In this document: in pieces, positions 49,333-63,132 of the stretch
Position numbering within the stretch: the first letter of the stretch is position 1
Layout of the letters: each line of letters begins with the position of its first letter
DNA from: Octopus sinensis
Taxonomy: Eukaryota
Reading direction: 5' to 3'
Length of the DNA stretch: 64,000 nucleotides
NCBI RefSeq assembly: GCF_006345805.1
Contig: NC_043020.1
Location: 19,592,001 to 19,656,000 of the forward strand
The notes under the pieces: model-generated
Database searches by the model: none
Seen by the model: the letters and a program-made list of their open reading frames with translations, nothing else
Told to the model about the DNA's origin: nothing
Program-made: the position numbers and the translations under genes

Positions 49333-50008
49333 CTATATCTAATTGATAACATAGAAACTACACCAGTAACTCGAGACCCAAGAATTCTATGCCAGCACAA
49401 TTGCCAAAGGGTTTGACCAGTGCTTTGACACAGGCCTCTAGGCTGTTGAGTTACTGATGTATCTGTAATTAATGTACTCTACATTATGTATTGAGTTCTA
49501 TTTTTCCTTTTTGTACAAACTATCCCATATATATATATAATATGTATGCATATACTTACACACACACACACCAGTAAACATATAAATGCAAAACAGGATG
49601 GTAAAAGAAACAGTACTCAAATGCCAAAGGTAGAATGATATGCTTTTATTAAAGTTGCAAAAGTTTTCAAAAACGCTTATCAGAGTTTGACGTTACTGTT
49701 TGTTAGACGGTTGTGATCATACTCTAGGATCACAACTGTCAGACAATCGATAACATGAAACTCTGAGTAGCAGCTTGTGAAGATTTTTACAAATTTAATA
49801 AAAGTATATATAAGAGCAGGCATAGCTGTGCGGTATAAAGTTTCCTTCCCAACCACACGGTTCCAGGTTCTGTCGCACTGCATGGCACCCTGGGCATGTC
49901 TTCAACTATAGCATCAGGCCAACCAAAGCCTTGTGAGTGGATTTGGTTGATAGAAACAACAAGCAGCCATTGTATTTCCTGTTTCTCTCATTTGCTATAT
50001 ATATATGG

Positions 50009-50290
50009 AGGTGCAATGGTCCAGTGGTTAGGGCAGCGGACTCGCAGTTGTAGGATTGTGGTTTCAATTCCTAGACCGGGTAATGTGAGTGTTTATTGAG
50101 CTAAAACTCCAGAGGATTCGGCAGTGGGTGGTGGCAATCCCTGCTGTACTCTTTCGCCGCAGCTTTCTCTCACTCTTTCTTCTGTTAGCCTGCTCGCTCA
50201 ACCAGCGGGGTGGTGTCATTTGAAGGCTGAAATAATGCAAAGCGCATTGTGACCAGCGATGTGTAGCAACATCTACTAGCCTGGTCAGTC
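50009..50290 (+). mobile_element. Second tRNA-headed SINE family
   Basis: GGTGCAATGGTCCAGTGGTTAGGGCAGCGGACTCGCAG...GGTTTCAATTCCTAGACCGGG with A- and B-box-like motifs. Confidence 0.6.
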
Positions 50291-51999
50291 ACATGATCAC
50301 GTGATATATATATATATATCAGGATGCTTTATGGCCAACCAGTTAAGAAGTTCACTTCACAAGCACAAGGGGTTGGTTTTAATCCAACTGTGAGGCATTT
50401 TGGGCAAATGTTTCCATCTATGGTGTCAGGTCGACCTATAACTTGTGAGTGGAATTCTGTATATGGATGGAATGTAGTTGTAATTCCAAAGGCAAATCCT
50501 TTTCACACTGTCACAGTGTGATTCTGCCTGAGAGTTGCTTTAAAAGTACGTGTGGCTGGGGAATGCTGATCCACTTACACATGAATTCAGAGTTAAGGAA
50601 TTCAGTCAACCAAACAATTGAACCCTTATTACTGAAAAACCATGGAGAACAACTTGAGACTGTGTGGACTGAGATCCCATTGATAGGCCTTTGATATTTA
50701 GAAATTAGGTGTTAACACTTATGATGTGCAAATTAATATCTCAAGTTTTCTGTAGCTACTGTAATTGTTGAGTATATAAACAGATTGGTTGCTTGTCTCT
50801 TTAGAATTGGTCAAATTGATGTAAACCCTACTGATGAGAATACATTTGAAAATCGTTTGAGGTTTTTTTTTTCTTTTTTTTTTTTCAGTCTCAGGAGAAA
50901 CAACTATATTGACTCTGTTTATAAAGATTGTATCTAGGTTATAAATTATGTATATCTTGATATACATGTATATGTGTGTGTATATGTATATATATATACA
51001 CACACACATGCGTTTGTATCTTTCATTTTCTACTTATTTCAATCATTTGATTGCAGCCATGCTGGGGCACTGCCTTGAAGAATTTTAGTGAAACAAATCA
51101 ACCCCAGATCTTCTTTTTTGGTAATTCTGTTAATTTTCCTATTGGTCTCTTTTGCCAGACCAATAAATCATGGGGATGTAAACAAACCAACACCAGTCAA
51201 ACTGTGGTGGGAGACAAACATGAACACACACACACACAGACACGTGTGTGTTTGAGGGGGGGGGGTCTTTCAGTTTCTGTCTACCAAATCCACTCACAAG
51301 GCTTTGGCTGGCCCAGGGCTATAGTTGACACTTGCCCAAGGTGTCATGCAGTGGGAGTAAACCTGAAATTGTGGTTGGGAAGCAGTATTAAATATTACAC
51401 AATTTTCAAAGGGGTGCAAAACCCCAATTAAATCTGTACCTATCCCCTAAGATTATATTAGAGAGTTCTGTTAGTCCTCTGCAGCTACAAAATGTTAAGA
51501 TCATTAAAATTGGGCTACAAGTATTCAAAGTTGTAAAAGCAGATAAAAATTAAATTTTGGCTTCTAATTAATTCTGCCTCCCATGCTATGACACCACACA
51601 CACACACACCACCACACCACCACCCCACCACACACTATCAATGTTGACTCAGTAAATCATCAGCTGGAAGTTGAAATCTTTATCAAAATTTATTATACGT
51701 CATTCAATTTAGATATTGAGTCCTCCTTGTTGGTAAATAATCCATTATAACAATTAATAATTCTTAAAATTGCTTTAGCATTTAAACTGGCCATTTCCTG
51801 CCCAAATATTCTACTTGTTTTATGTTCAAACCAGCCAGATCTGGCCTCTCTCACCTACGCTACAATGTTCTAAAAATACACAATCACATCATTGAAATCT
51901 CAAAGCTATGAGATAATACTGGATTAATTCACAACAATGTGAATAAATATTACATTTGATATTGGAATCTGAATGCTAAAGGTTTAAGATATATATGTA

Positions 52000-52218
52000 T
52001 TTCTTTACTACCCACAAGGAGCTAAACACAGAGGGGGACAAACGGATTAAGTCTATTACATCGACCCTAGTGCGTAACTGGTACTTAATTTAATCGACCC
52101 CGAAAGGATGAAAGGCTAAGTCGACCTTAGCAGAATTTGAACCCAGAACGTAACGGCAGACGAAATACGGCTACGAATTTCGCCCGGTGTGCTAACGTTT
52201 CTGCCAGCTCGCCGCCCT
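52000..52218 (-). mobile_element. Young SINE copy with conserved central domain (CpGs retained)
   Basis: - strand GGCGGCGAGCTGGCAGAAACGTTAGCACACCGGGCGAAATTCG...TTCATCCTTTCGGGGTCGATTAAATTAAGTACCAG; older copies at about 40684-40870, 57325-57520, 62396-62600 and 63350-63540. Confidence 0.75.
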
Positions 52219-55200
52219 AAAATATATATGGTTTAGAATATATATGGACACACATACAAGCATATGCATGTTATATTGAATTTTATACAACACAGAAGAA
52301 ATCTTTATAAGGAATTGTGTAAGTTCCCTGTTTACAAAAGTGATGATGTCTCCTATTAACGGCAGGATTAGACTGCTTTTGATTATACAAGTAATACAGT
52401 TGGCTCTCAATTCAGTTGAGTCTTTCGTATAGTAACAAAAGAATAGCAGCAACTCTGCACTTATTAATATACAGGGCAAGTTTGAATAGGAAAATTTATA
52501 CTTTTTTTTTTTGCATGCAACTCATGTTTTGGGGGCTGGAGGGGGAGAGTTAGTGTTTGTATTTAACAATTTTCTTTTTTAGTTTTGCCAATATAAATGA
52601 TAAAGTTCCAGTAAGAGACAGATAAAGAGCAACAATTTTAACAGCCACAATTTCAACCATGTCTTTCTGTCTTGGAACAGCTGCTTATAATATGTAATGT
52701 AATTTTTGTTGGGGAAAATCTTAGTTGTGTTGTTTCTCTCACTGGATTAACAGCAACAACAGGTTTAAACTAAAATCTATCTTCTACTCCCCACTATTAC
52801 CATTATCCATAATTTCTGTATATATGAAGATATTTGTTAATAAAATATCAGTTTCAAAGCATTTAAATAAACATTTCACTGTAAATAATACAATTTTCTT
52901 TACTTTGACAACAGGAGTTTGTTGCTTATGGATCTTCCCTCTTGATTTCTTTCTTGTATCTGGCTATCAGCAGTTTAAACTTTGTTGCAGGAAAGCTTAT
53001 TAAGTTCAGTTACCATAAGATTAAGAATTGAGCATAGTAGGACCCTTGCCCTTTGTCTGAGAGTGCAAAAGCAAATAGACTTTTTTCTTTCTTTTCCTTA
53101 ATTAATGATTTCATCTTCATCCAATGTGCTGCAACTCCATTAATATCTTGTATCTTTAAGATTTGGGGGCTGAAAGCCTGTGAGACACCACTTGGTAGCA
53201 AATATGTCTCATTTTCAATTGAGTGGACTGAAGCAATTTGGGGTGAAGGACCGACCCAATGTCTTCATTTCCCTGTGTTGTAAAAGGTTTTTCTAGCTTC
53301 AACATTTGCCTAAGGTACCACATACTACAATAGTAAGTCTTTTCTACTTGTTTGTTGATGCTTTTGATGGACACATAAGAGGAAGGTTAATATCAGAGGA
53401 AGGTTAACAAAAAAAGTAGTCTTTGTGTGTGGCAGGTGTTTAGGTAAATAAACACTAGAAATGTACAGAAAATAGATACTTATGATGATGAGTCCAACAG
53501 CCTAACCACTAGGGCACAGACTTTTGCTACCTTAGAAAGTGACATCACCACTTCTCTTGTCACTTACAGGTGAAGGGTTCAGTTGTTTACAGTGGCAAGG
53601 AGTGAAAATTCTAGCCAACTTCATACTGAAAGCCAGCAAATGGATTATAAGAGTTGTATGACCAGACAGGCTAAAGCTGCTTTCAATAAGATCATTTATG
53701 GTATACTAGTACTATGACCCAGCAACGCCGGGTCATAGACCTAGTGCATGCATATACAGCTGCATGCGTGTGCACATACACGCGAATACTGTCCAAATCT
53801 CCGACCAATCACATACAGCTAGCTGGCATTCAATTGGCATATCAAGTTTCGGGCATTTTGATTGGGTTTTGGATAGAAAATTCACAAAAAAGTATTTCTA
53901 GATAAAAGCAAGTAGGACCACTTACTGACGAAACACAAAAATTAAAATAAAATTGTTACACAATGTCATCATATAAATGACTCGATAAGAGTGAGGGGAA
54001 GAGTCCTAGAGGTGTGTACAGAACCCATCCTTAAGAATGGTGCTATCAAAAGCATCAACAAACAAGTAGAAAAAACTTACTATTGTAGTATGTGGTACCT
54101 TAGGGAAATGAAGACTTAAATGTGATGACAGGAAAAGTGAAAAGACCAAACATAATAACACGCTAAATGGTGGGCTAGGTGAATATAGGAATGGAACCTA
54201 AAGAGAAAGCCTTTGGACAAAACAGCCAACATGTTCTATAATTGTTATCTAAGATATTTTGCTGCCTTTTTCCCAGAGTTGTTTCCCCTCTTTTGACTTA
54301 TTTATAAAATGGTATAAGGGGAGATAAGCACGAACTTTTTTTTTTTTTTTAAGCTGAAATGAAAATTTAATTAAAGCGGCTTTACCGACAAAGATATTTT
54401 AGAAACTCGCTTTTTATCCTCGCAGCCCCGGTTTCGATCCCCATGTGTGAGACGTGGAAGCTCATCATGTTTACCGGTTTTAAATGGTGCATCCAATTAC
54501 GTCTCATTGCAACAACAACAACAAAAAATGAATTTGTCGTATTGACAAGTACCAGTTTGAAAAACGCATCGATGTCAATACCATCAATTAAACCACTGAA
54601 TCCATAAGAGAATACACAAGATTTGAAATTAGATTTATCTCACGATATAGCAAACTGGACGTCAGATGAGGAAAATAGAATCCTATCTTCTACGTTCCCA
54701 ATAGCTAAAGCAGAAAGATAAGATAGTGGTAGGGAAAGAGTTAAATGTCATCACAAGAAACCAGTTTATTTCTCGTTTCAAGACTGGATTTTATTACACC
54801 ATAACTAGTATTTCCTCACCCCAACACAAAAGGCTTATGTTCGAAGAAAAACACATGAAAAAATGGTTGAAATAATACCTATAATTTTTCTCTCAATGTA
54901 CTTACAATTTTGTGTGGTAAGAAGTTTACTTTTTACCCACATGGTGAGTAGAGTTGGTAGACAGAAGCTGAAAGAAGCCCATCGTTTATGTATTTGTATA
55001 TTTATAACCATCCCCATACATACATTATTTATATATATATATTTGTAAGAATTAGCACTTCCTTCTCAAAGCTTGGATTCGAAATCAGACCCAAGAATCA
55101 TTGGTCGTAAAATACCAATGCACAAAAAGGCGCGAAATCAGAATCTCTTTGTTCTGACAAAAAATGATGGATCGTCTCCCTTCGACCTCTGACCCGAGCA

Positions 55201-55709
55201 GGTCAGGCGAAGTTTAACAGGACGACCAGCGACCTACTGTACGCAATAACACTCTTGCGGTATATCTATTTTTCTGGCTATTTGAGATGTTATAAATAGA
55301 ACGGAGAAATAGGTATCTGGAGAGAACCCGAACCAACGTTTAAGAGAACGACACGCATTTATGAGGACGACGAAAGAATAATCAGAAAGGTGACTCTGTC
55401 ATGCATGATTTACACACACGCACACACACGCACCATCAAACATATTCTGCTTTAATGTGTATCCTGTATTATGCATTCCTTTAATATGTATTATTTGCAA
55501 CCACTATTTAATATGCATTTTGTACAAGCGATGTGTAACATTGCTTACAAATTGATGTAGTGATAATAAATCTTTAATTTATTACAAAGCACTTATGTAT
55601 TTATTAATACATCCACACATCCACTACATATTCAAAATGTGACCTCGTGTGTACCGTTGGCGATTTTTTTTCCTCTGTCTTCCCTTCTCGGGATCTTTCC
55701 TTCTCCTAT

Positions 55710-55744
55710 GTTTCTGACGAAGAGCTCCGCTCGAAACGTTAAAC
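55710..55744 (+). ncRNA. Minimal type I hammerhead-like motif at a Penelope-like terminus
   Basis: GTTT-CTGACGA-A-GAGC-TCC-GCTC-GAAAC-GTT-AAAC: 4-bp stem I, core, 4-bp stem II with one extra A, loopless palindromic stem III. Confidence 0.6.
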
Positions 55745-56260
55745 TAGCTTCTGTTACCTAGGTGACCAAGTACATAGCGGGAGTCGGTGCTCTGAAAGTG
55801 TAGCTGCTAGAATAAGAATAGCATGGGCAAAGTTCAGAGAGCTCCTACCTTTGCTGGTGACAAAGGGCCTCTCACTCAGAGTAAAAGGTATGACGTGTGT
55901 ATGAACAGCCATGCTACATGGGCCATGACTGCTGAGGACATGCGTAAGCTTGCAAGAAATGAAGCCAGTATGCTCCGCTGGACGTGTAATGTCAGTGTGC
56001 TTACTGGACAAGTGTAAGTACCTTGAGAGGAAAGTTGGACCTAAGAGGCATCAGATGTAGTGTGAAAGAGAGACGACTGCGCTGGTATGGTCATGTATTG
56101 CAAATGGATGAGGACAGCTGTGTGAAAAGTGTCACTCTAGCAGTAGAGGGAACCTGTGGAAGAGATAGACCCAGGAAAACCTGGGATGAGGTGGTGAAGC
56201 ATAACCTTCAAACATTAGGCCTCACCAAGGCAAAGATTAATGACAGAGACTTTTGGAAAT
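55745..56260 (+). mobile_element. Decayed RTE LINE fragment (RT C-terminus)
   Basis: ...MRKLARNEASMLRWTCNV...RRLRWYGHVLQM...GRDRPRKTW; same family as 8633-9097. Confidence 0.85.
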
Positions 56261-56269
56261 AGGCTCTTT

Positions 56270-57230
56270 ATTACTAACAAAAGTAGAAACTCTTTGAATT
56301 TTGCCCAGCCTATTCTTATTTTAGCAGTTACGCTCTCAGAGCATCTACTTCCACTGCTGACTTCGTCAGGCACATAATGGAAGCAATCTACTACTTCTAA
56401 GTATCTATTTTCTGTACATTTCTAGTGTTTATTTACCTAAATACCTGCCACACACAAAGACTACTTTATGGAATTTCTACCTATGCATTATCTACACATC
56501 GAGCAGGTCCACCACCCTGAAACGATTTGTAATTTGTTTCTTTTCCTACTTACTAAGACTTTGGTCTTTGCTAAATTAACTTTAAGGCACTTTGATTCCA
56601 GACCTTGATTCCACACCTGAAATTTCTTCTCTAGTTCTAGTAGTGATTCAGCTATAAGATCAAGGTCATCAGTATAGAGGAATTCCCAAGGGTAACCTGT
56701 CTTAAATTCTTGTTATAGCCTGAAGGACTATGATGGACAAGAAGGGGCTGAGAACCTGTACACTGAATTCATTGCTGTACTCGTTGCCAACCTTCACCCT
56801 TCTGACAGTACAAGGCCTGTACAGCTCTCACCATCTGCTCATCTATCCCTAACTTCTGCACCGCCAAATAAGGGAGAAGGGAACCCTGTCAAAGGCTTTC
56901 TCCATGTCAACAAATGCAAAGTTTATTTTTGACTAAATATTTCTCCCACAGATGCATTATCAGGAATATAGCATCAGTCATGCTTCTCCCTGGCACAAAA
57001 CCAAACTGCATCTCATCTAGACTCTCTTTCTAAGTAGTTGGGCTAAGACCTCCTCTGTAACTTTTATCACCTGCTCCAACAATCTGATACCTCTGTAATT
57101 ATTTTTGGATAAGGCGTCACTTTTCCCTTCGTAGCAGTTGACTATAATGCTGCAACACCAGTCATTGGTTATGACTCCCACTTGTACAACCTGGTTAACT
57201 ATATGGGTGACTAGACCATAATACACGCCA
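56270..57230 (-). mobile_element. Decayed RTE LINE RT fragments
   Basis: ORF 57017-57226 ...IVNCYEGKSDALSKNNYRGIRLLEQVIKV... (RT domain 0/1 'NYRGI' motif), followed by QFGFVPG/FVDMEKAFD-like remnants. Confidence 0.8.
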
Positions 57231-58271
57231 CTAAGATATTTTAAGCCTCTCAGTGGTGATTCCTGGTGGCTTCATCTACCAAGCTTGTCTATTAGGTTCC
57301 TGGCTCCTCTGTTGGATCCACATTGGTTTCAAATTTTGGCACAAAGCCAGCAGTTTCAGGAGAGGTAAGTCGATTATATCGTATCCAGTGCTCAACTGGT
57401 ACTTATTTTATTGACCCTGAAAGGCAAAGTCAACCTCAGCAGGATTTGAACTCAGAAAGTAAAACCAGAAGGAATGTCACCAAATTTTTTGCCCAGCATG
57501 CTACTGATTCTGCTAAATAACCACCTTTCTACAACCTAAAATTAATTAATATCTTGTGAGGGAATTTGGGAGACAGCATGGTAAAAATTTAACGATTATA
57601 GCATCCCCAAACACAACATCCACTTTAAGTGGGAGATAAATATTACTTTTGCGATTAATACTGCTTCTGTTGCCCTTAATTTATTTTTGGTGAACATTCT
57701 CAAAGGAATCTGTAAGACAGCTTGCGCATGAACTATATTTAACACAAGAACAATGTGGAAAGTATATTACAGCTGAAAGAAAAACTGAGATAATCGTGAC
57801 AAGAAGAGATTAAACACCATCTCAATTACAGAAAAAATTATAGAAAGCAAAAAAAGAAGAAATTAAGAAATTGAAACTTTGAAAACAAAATTAGGTTTTG
57901 TCTCTGAATTTTAGAACCAGAGGAAAATACTTTTATTTTCTTTCCAACAAACAAAACAAAATAAACACCCCCCAATATTTTATACCCACTGATAATATAG
58001 AGTCAATAATATTAATTTTACATGTAGAAGGTCCCCACCCAAATTGCAGTGAAAAAGGCTATCCAGTCAATGCAATTAAATGTCGCCCTTATTTCATTAT
58101 TGATCCCAGTCGAATGAAAGGCAAAGTTGATGCTTCATATCACCCAGCTTAAGATTAGATCACTGATCAACAAAATACTGTTAGTCCTCTATCATTCTAT
58201 GATTTCTTACACTTCACCTTTGTATGAGTAATGATAATAAAAATAATAACAATGCTTATAAATTGATGCCG

Positions 58272-58419
58272 TCAAGAGAGAAGTTTAACAACTTGATCTG
58301 GTGTTCTTGGTACAATGCTTTGCCAATCAGCATAACCATGGTTCTTGTCACAGATAAAGTTATAGATCTGGCGATAGGCTTCACAAATTAATTCCACAGA
58401 TATTTTTTTCACTTTCTCC
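58272..58419 (-). CDS. COG6: COG6 terminal coding exon (EKVKKISVELICEAYRQIYNFICDKNHGYADWQSIVPRTPDQVVKLLS*)
   Basis: ctgtttcag acceptor on -; TGA at 58272-58274; aligns to recalled human COG6 C-terminus EQIVKQSTELVCRAYGEVY...ILHRSPQQVQTLLS*. Confidence 0.93.
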
Positions 58420-60900
58420 CTGAAACAGAATAAAATTATAAATGATGATAATGATCATTTGTAACAAAAACACAAATTTAATAATTAAGCATTCACATTA
58501 TTCTATCAAAAGTAATGTTTATTTATTCACATTGATTTGAATTAATCATGCATTATCATGTAGCTATGAGATTTTGATGAGGTAACTTAATTTTTAGAAT
58601 GATATTGTAGGGTTGGTGTGAGGGGCCAGACCACATAAAACAGGTAGCATACTTTGGCCAGGTGTAGCCAGTTTAAATGCTAAAGTGTTAAGGATGGATG
58701 ATGAGGGAAGTGGTACAGTTGATTCTAACAGAGGTGCAAGGCCACAAATAGTTGTCCAGACTATTATTAATTTAACTAATCCAGGTACTTCACTTTTCAG
58801 CTCCAAAAGTACGAAAGATAAAGTCAACCTGGGTAAGACTTGAACTCAGAACATAAAGAAATACTCCTAGAAACTACACAGTATTTTGTTTGACACTCCA
58901 ATAATCCACTTAATCCCTTTTGTTACTAAATTTCTACTGAAATGACTGCTTTTGTTTCAATTAATTTTTAAAATAATGAGGAATACAGTAAAATAACTTT
59001 TACTAAACAGCTGTAATTAAGCAGGTACTTGGAACATAAATTAACATGAAGTTTTCACAGAAAGTTTTAAGACTCCTTTAGAATAAGAAGTTTATATCGT
59101 AAGATCCAAGGCAGTCACAGGCAGGTTGTGTATCAATCCACCACCATATTATTTCCATCCATTCAATCATTGTTAATCCAGTGTTGGACAAAGGCCTTAC
59201 CATCTCATTGTTAGCTTATGGGTTGTGAAAGGAGCACCCTTTTAGTGGTGATTGACCCTGGCCATTAACACCTTCATGGAATTTCAACTCAAAATGTAAA
59301 CAACCCCAACACATATCCTCATATCATCTCATTTGATACTTTAACAACTATGTTAACCCATTGCCCTGGGGTGGTACTTTATCTATCGAGCCTAAAAAGA
59401 TAAAAGCAGGGTTGACTTAGGAAGATTTAGAACTCACAGAAACAACCAAAGCAAACACTGCAAGACATTTTTTCCCAAAGTTCTAACAATTCTGCCAACT
59501 CAATGTCTTAATAGCAATTCTTATTTTGGCACAATGCCAGCAATTTTTACAGCTGGAGGAAGTTGATTACATAAACACCAGTGTTCAACTGGCACTTGGT
59601 GGAATTTGAACCCAGAACTTACAGAACCAGAATAAATGCAGCAAAAATTCTGCTAGCTCACTATTTTGATTATATTAATAAGGATGATGATGATGATGCT
59701 GATTACTTAAATAGATATCCTGTAATAATAATAATGGCTTAAAGCTTATGGCGATCACCATGCAAAAGTATATATACACACGTGTGTGTGTATGTGTGTT
59801 GAGAGAGAGAGAGAAAGGGTGAGTGTGTGTGTGTTTTTGTGTCTGTGTTTTTCCCCTACCACCACATGACAACCAGTGGTGATGTGTTTATGTCCTCGTA
59901 ACTTAGCAGTCTAGCAAAAGTGACCAACAGAATAAGCACTAGGTTTAAGAAAAAAATTTTTTTAAATAAGTAATGGGGTCAATCCATTTGACTAAGAATT
60001 CTTCATGGCAGTGCCCCAGCATGGCCACAGTCATATGACTGAAACAAGCAAAAGGTAAAAGATGAAAAAAAGATCTGTTATGAATTTATTATATTTCTGT
60101 TATTATAATTATTAATATTTATATTCACAAAATGTATTTCATCATATTGTAATGAAACACAGTATTAAAATGGTACCACATATTCCAGTCTTTGTTTTAA
60201 TAAATACTTACTCACCAGGAATGTTAACCTGTATGTATAAGTTTGAAATAAAGCATTTATATACATACATTTCTTTACTGGAATACACAAATGTTCTTCA
60301 CAAAGACAGAGCTTGGATTATAATCCCTTCTATACAAAGGAGTAAAGAAGCCCTTCCGTCATGAATGACCATGGGATTGAACCTAGAGAATTACCCTTCC
60401 AAAGTACAAGTCCAGGCAAGGTTGTTTATGGAAGACCAGCAGTTGCCCATGCATACCAGTCTCCCTTCTCCAAACCACTGATGTTATCCAAAGGAAAGGC
60501 AAAGGGGCCGATACAGCTTGGCACCTGTGACATCGCAACTCATTTCTACTTTGAGAGAATTGTAGTAACATGGAGTAGAGTGTCTTGCTTAAGAACACAT
60601 CACACAGTCTGGTCTGGGAATCAAACTCACAAACTCATGATTGTAAGTCTGATGCTCCAACCACTGAGCCAAGTACTTTCATATTTACTCATTGTTTCCA
60701 GCAACAGGCATCCTAAATACACTTTGCCTGAAACATGACACAATAGCCACAACCTCATTTGTAACAACTTTGATCACGGTTCTGCTGGACCAGGGCTGCC
60801 CTGGAACTAAACAGCAACTGCAACAGAAACAACATTAAAATGCTATAACAAATACAAATAAAATTTTTTTAAAATATTAAACTTAAAACAAAAAAATTAC

Positions 60901-60980
60901 CTGACAGTGGCACTGAGTAAAAGACTGCTCTGGGGAAGAATGAGGGAATCAGGTGAAGCCAAATAATTATCAAATTTACT
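60901..60980 (-). CDS. COG6: COG6 penultimate exon (SKFDNYLASPDSLILPQSSLLLSATVR)
   Basis: ctttacag / AG|gtaatt; 80 nt; aligns to human [26 protein letters not shown]; phase 2 matches the next exon. Confidence 0.93.
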
Positions 60981-63132
60981 CTGTAAAGGGACAAAAAGAA
61001 AATTAGTCAGGGATGGTTGAAAACACTTCAGTAGAAACAACATCATCATCATCATCGTCATCGTCAGCAGCAACAGAAAGTAACCATCTGAAATCTTCCA
61101 TATTTTTCTCATGCAATCATGGGGTGAATGAATTTTCCAAACAGCAAACATCATATTACTACTTCCTCCTTATCAGGTTTTATGTGATGGCTGGTAGACT
61201 TAATTTGTCACCTGGTTTACCAACAAATAAATGAATTAACAGGAAACGGTGAATCAGTTAACACCCTGTTAATAATTTGTAAAACTGGATGAGTTTTCTG
61301 CAATGAACTAAGCATATTTGTATTTAAAAGCTTGCAAAGACTCCTCAAAATAATCACAAATTTTAACTACACTTATCACCTGACCCTTAAGTGCCTTTAG
61401 TAGAGGCCATTTCATTGCAAATATTTGAGTCTTATTTTTGGGCTGAAGGTACCTTTTTCTTCCCTCCCACTCGTCTTAGAGGCATTACCTGTCTTCCTGA
61501 GTGAAAGGCAAAAAACCCAGCATCTACCAGATATCTGACCATACCACATTTTACTCAGTGTTATACTGACAGATACGTTCCAACTGACAACACAGTGTAT
61601 GTCACTGATATCATCAGCTCTATGTGGACATGTCAACAGAGAGCCATGTCTACACAGAGACAATACATGTCCAAATAGAGACACATGATGGGTATGTAGG
61701 CAAACAGCTCCATATATGGAGACATATATTTCAATACAGACAGACTATATATAGGGGGCATGTAACTACAGACATAAATGTCCACATATAGAAACACATT
61801 CCTCTTTATGGCTCTTGTACTGCTTGCTTTACTGTCTTCTGGCTATCATTGCTGTCTTCCTCTCCTTGACTTGTTGCTTCTTTTACCTTTTACCTTGCTT
61901 CTTTTCCACTAAGTTGTTGTGCATCTCCTCATTATTTTTATTTGACAGCTGATTGTTTCAAGCAGATTTCTACTGCACCACCTGCTGCACTTCCATGTTG
62001 CTAAGGTGTGTGCAGCATTGTGCACTCTTTTCTGTTGATAGGGGAGTGCAAACTCTTCCTGGTATTGTATTGCATTCGTTTGTTTTGTTATGGGGTTTGG
62101 TTGCAGTCTTTTCTTGTATTAGTATTGTGTGTAATGTGAGTAGTGTTCATCCGTTGAGTATCCCACCTGTAGAGTACATGTTATGGGGGTTGTTTATTTT
62201 ATTGGATATTTACTGTATAGAGAGTGTTTTGTGTTTGTGGAATGTTTCATTTGAATTGATAGTGTCTTGCAAAGGACATAGGCTGTTCCTAACATGGGTT
62301 ATTTTTTGGATAGTGTGTAGCATTGACAGTCCAGATATAGCTTCTATATTTTTGTTCATACGTTTTTTATCATATCTATTACTATTATCATTGCAAGGTG
62401 GCAAGCTGGCAGAATCGTTAGCATGCCAGGTGAAATGCTTAGCAGTATTTTGACTGCCACTACATCCAGAGTTCAAATTCCGCTGAGGTCAAGTTAGCTT
62501 TCATCCCTTCTGGGTCGATAAATTAAGTACTAGTCAAGTACTGGAGTTGAAGTTATTGACTTACCCCCTCCCCACCAAATTTCAGACCTTGTGCCTGTGG
62601 TAGAAAAGATTATTATTATTATGTGCCCTTGTGGCAAAATTTGAAACCATTATTATTATTATTAATATTATTAAAAAATAGCCACATTTAGGAAGATATA
62701 TTGTTCCAACATGCCAAATGATATGAATTTATGTTGGAAAAGAAGAGAACTCTGTTTCAATTTTTTTGTGAGTATTTCTAAATGTGTTTTTTTTTTACTT
62801 CATTTATTCATTGATTCATGGTGGTGGTTGAAAACTGGGTCATTAGATCTATTCATATGTGTTGCATTTTTTATATAAATTTCAATTTATCTGTGATTAA
62901 ACACAACAATTATTCAAATATGTAGGATAGCACAGCTCACACACATAAACACACACACTTTTCAATTCACAAATTTTATTGCAAATTGCTAATTGGCTAA
63001 CCTTCATTTACCAATCAAATTACTTTAATGGGAAATTCACACTGGACCAATCAACCAATCATATTACAGTATATTGATATTTCAATATATTATAATATTG
63101 TTAAAGAGGGAAGAGGATACAAAAATAGCTAC

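Noticed and set aside
50831-50853. CTGATGA...GAAA hammerhead-like core (also CTGACGAAAC at 53925-53934)
   Set aside because: There is no stem II, stem I or NUH triplet in the right geometry.
54395-54455. tRNA-like stretch with GGTTTCGATCCCC B-box
   Set aside because: I could not build an acceptor stem or D-arm; at best it is a decayed tRNA or SINE head.
54541-54553. GACAAGTACC matching the end of the foldback TIR
   Set aside because: Only 10 bp match, with no partner terminus or TSD; this is consistent with chance.
54644-54704. Possible 61-nt - strand exon (ctttag acceptor, ATC|GTGAGA donor; IGNVEDRILFSSSDVQFAI)
   Set aside because: It lies downstream of the COG6 stop codon, has no partner exons and no recognised homology.
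61953-62476. ORFs 61953-62453 (+) and 62210-62476 (-) in a COG6 intron
   Set aside because: The composition is TG-rich and low-complexity, there is no domain motif, and they run into a SINE.
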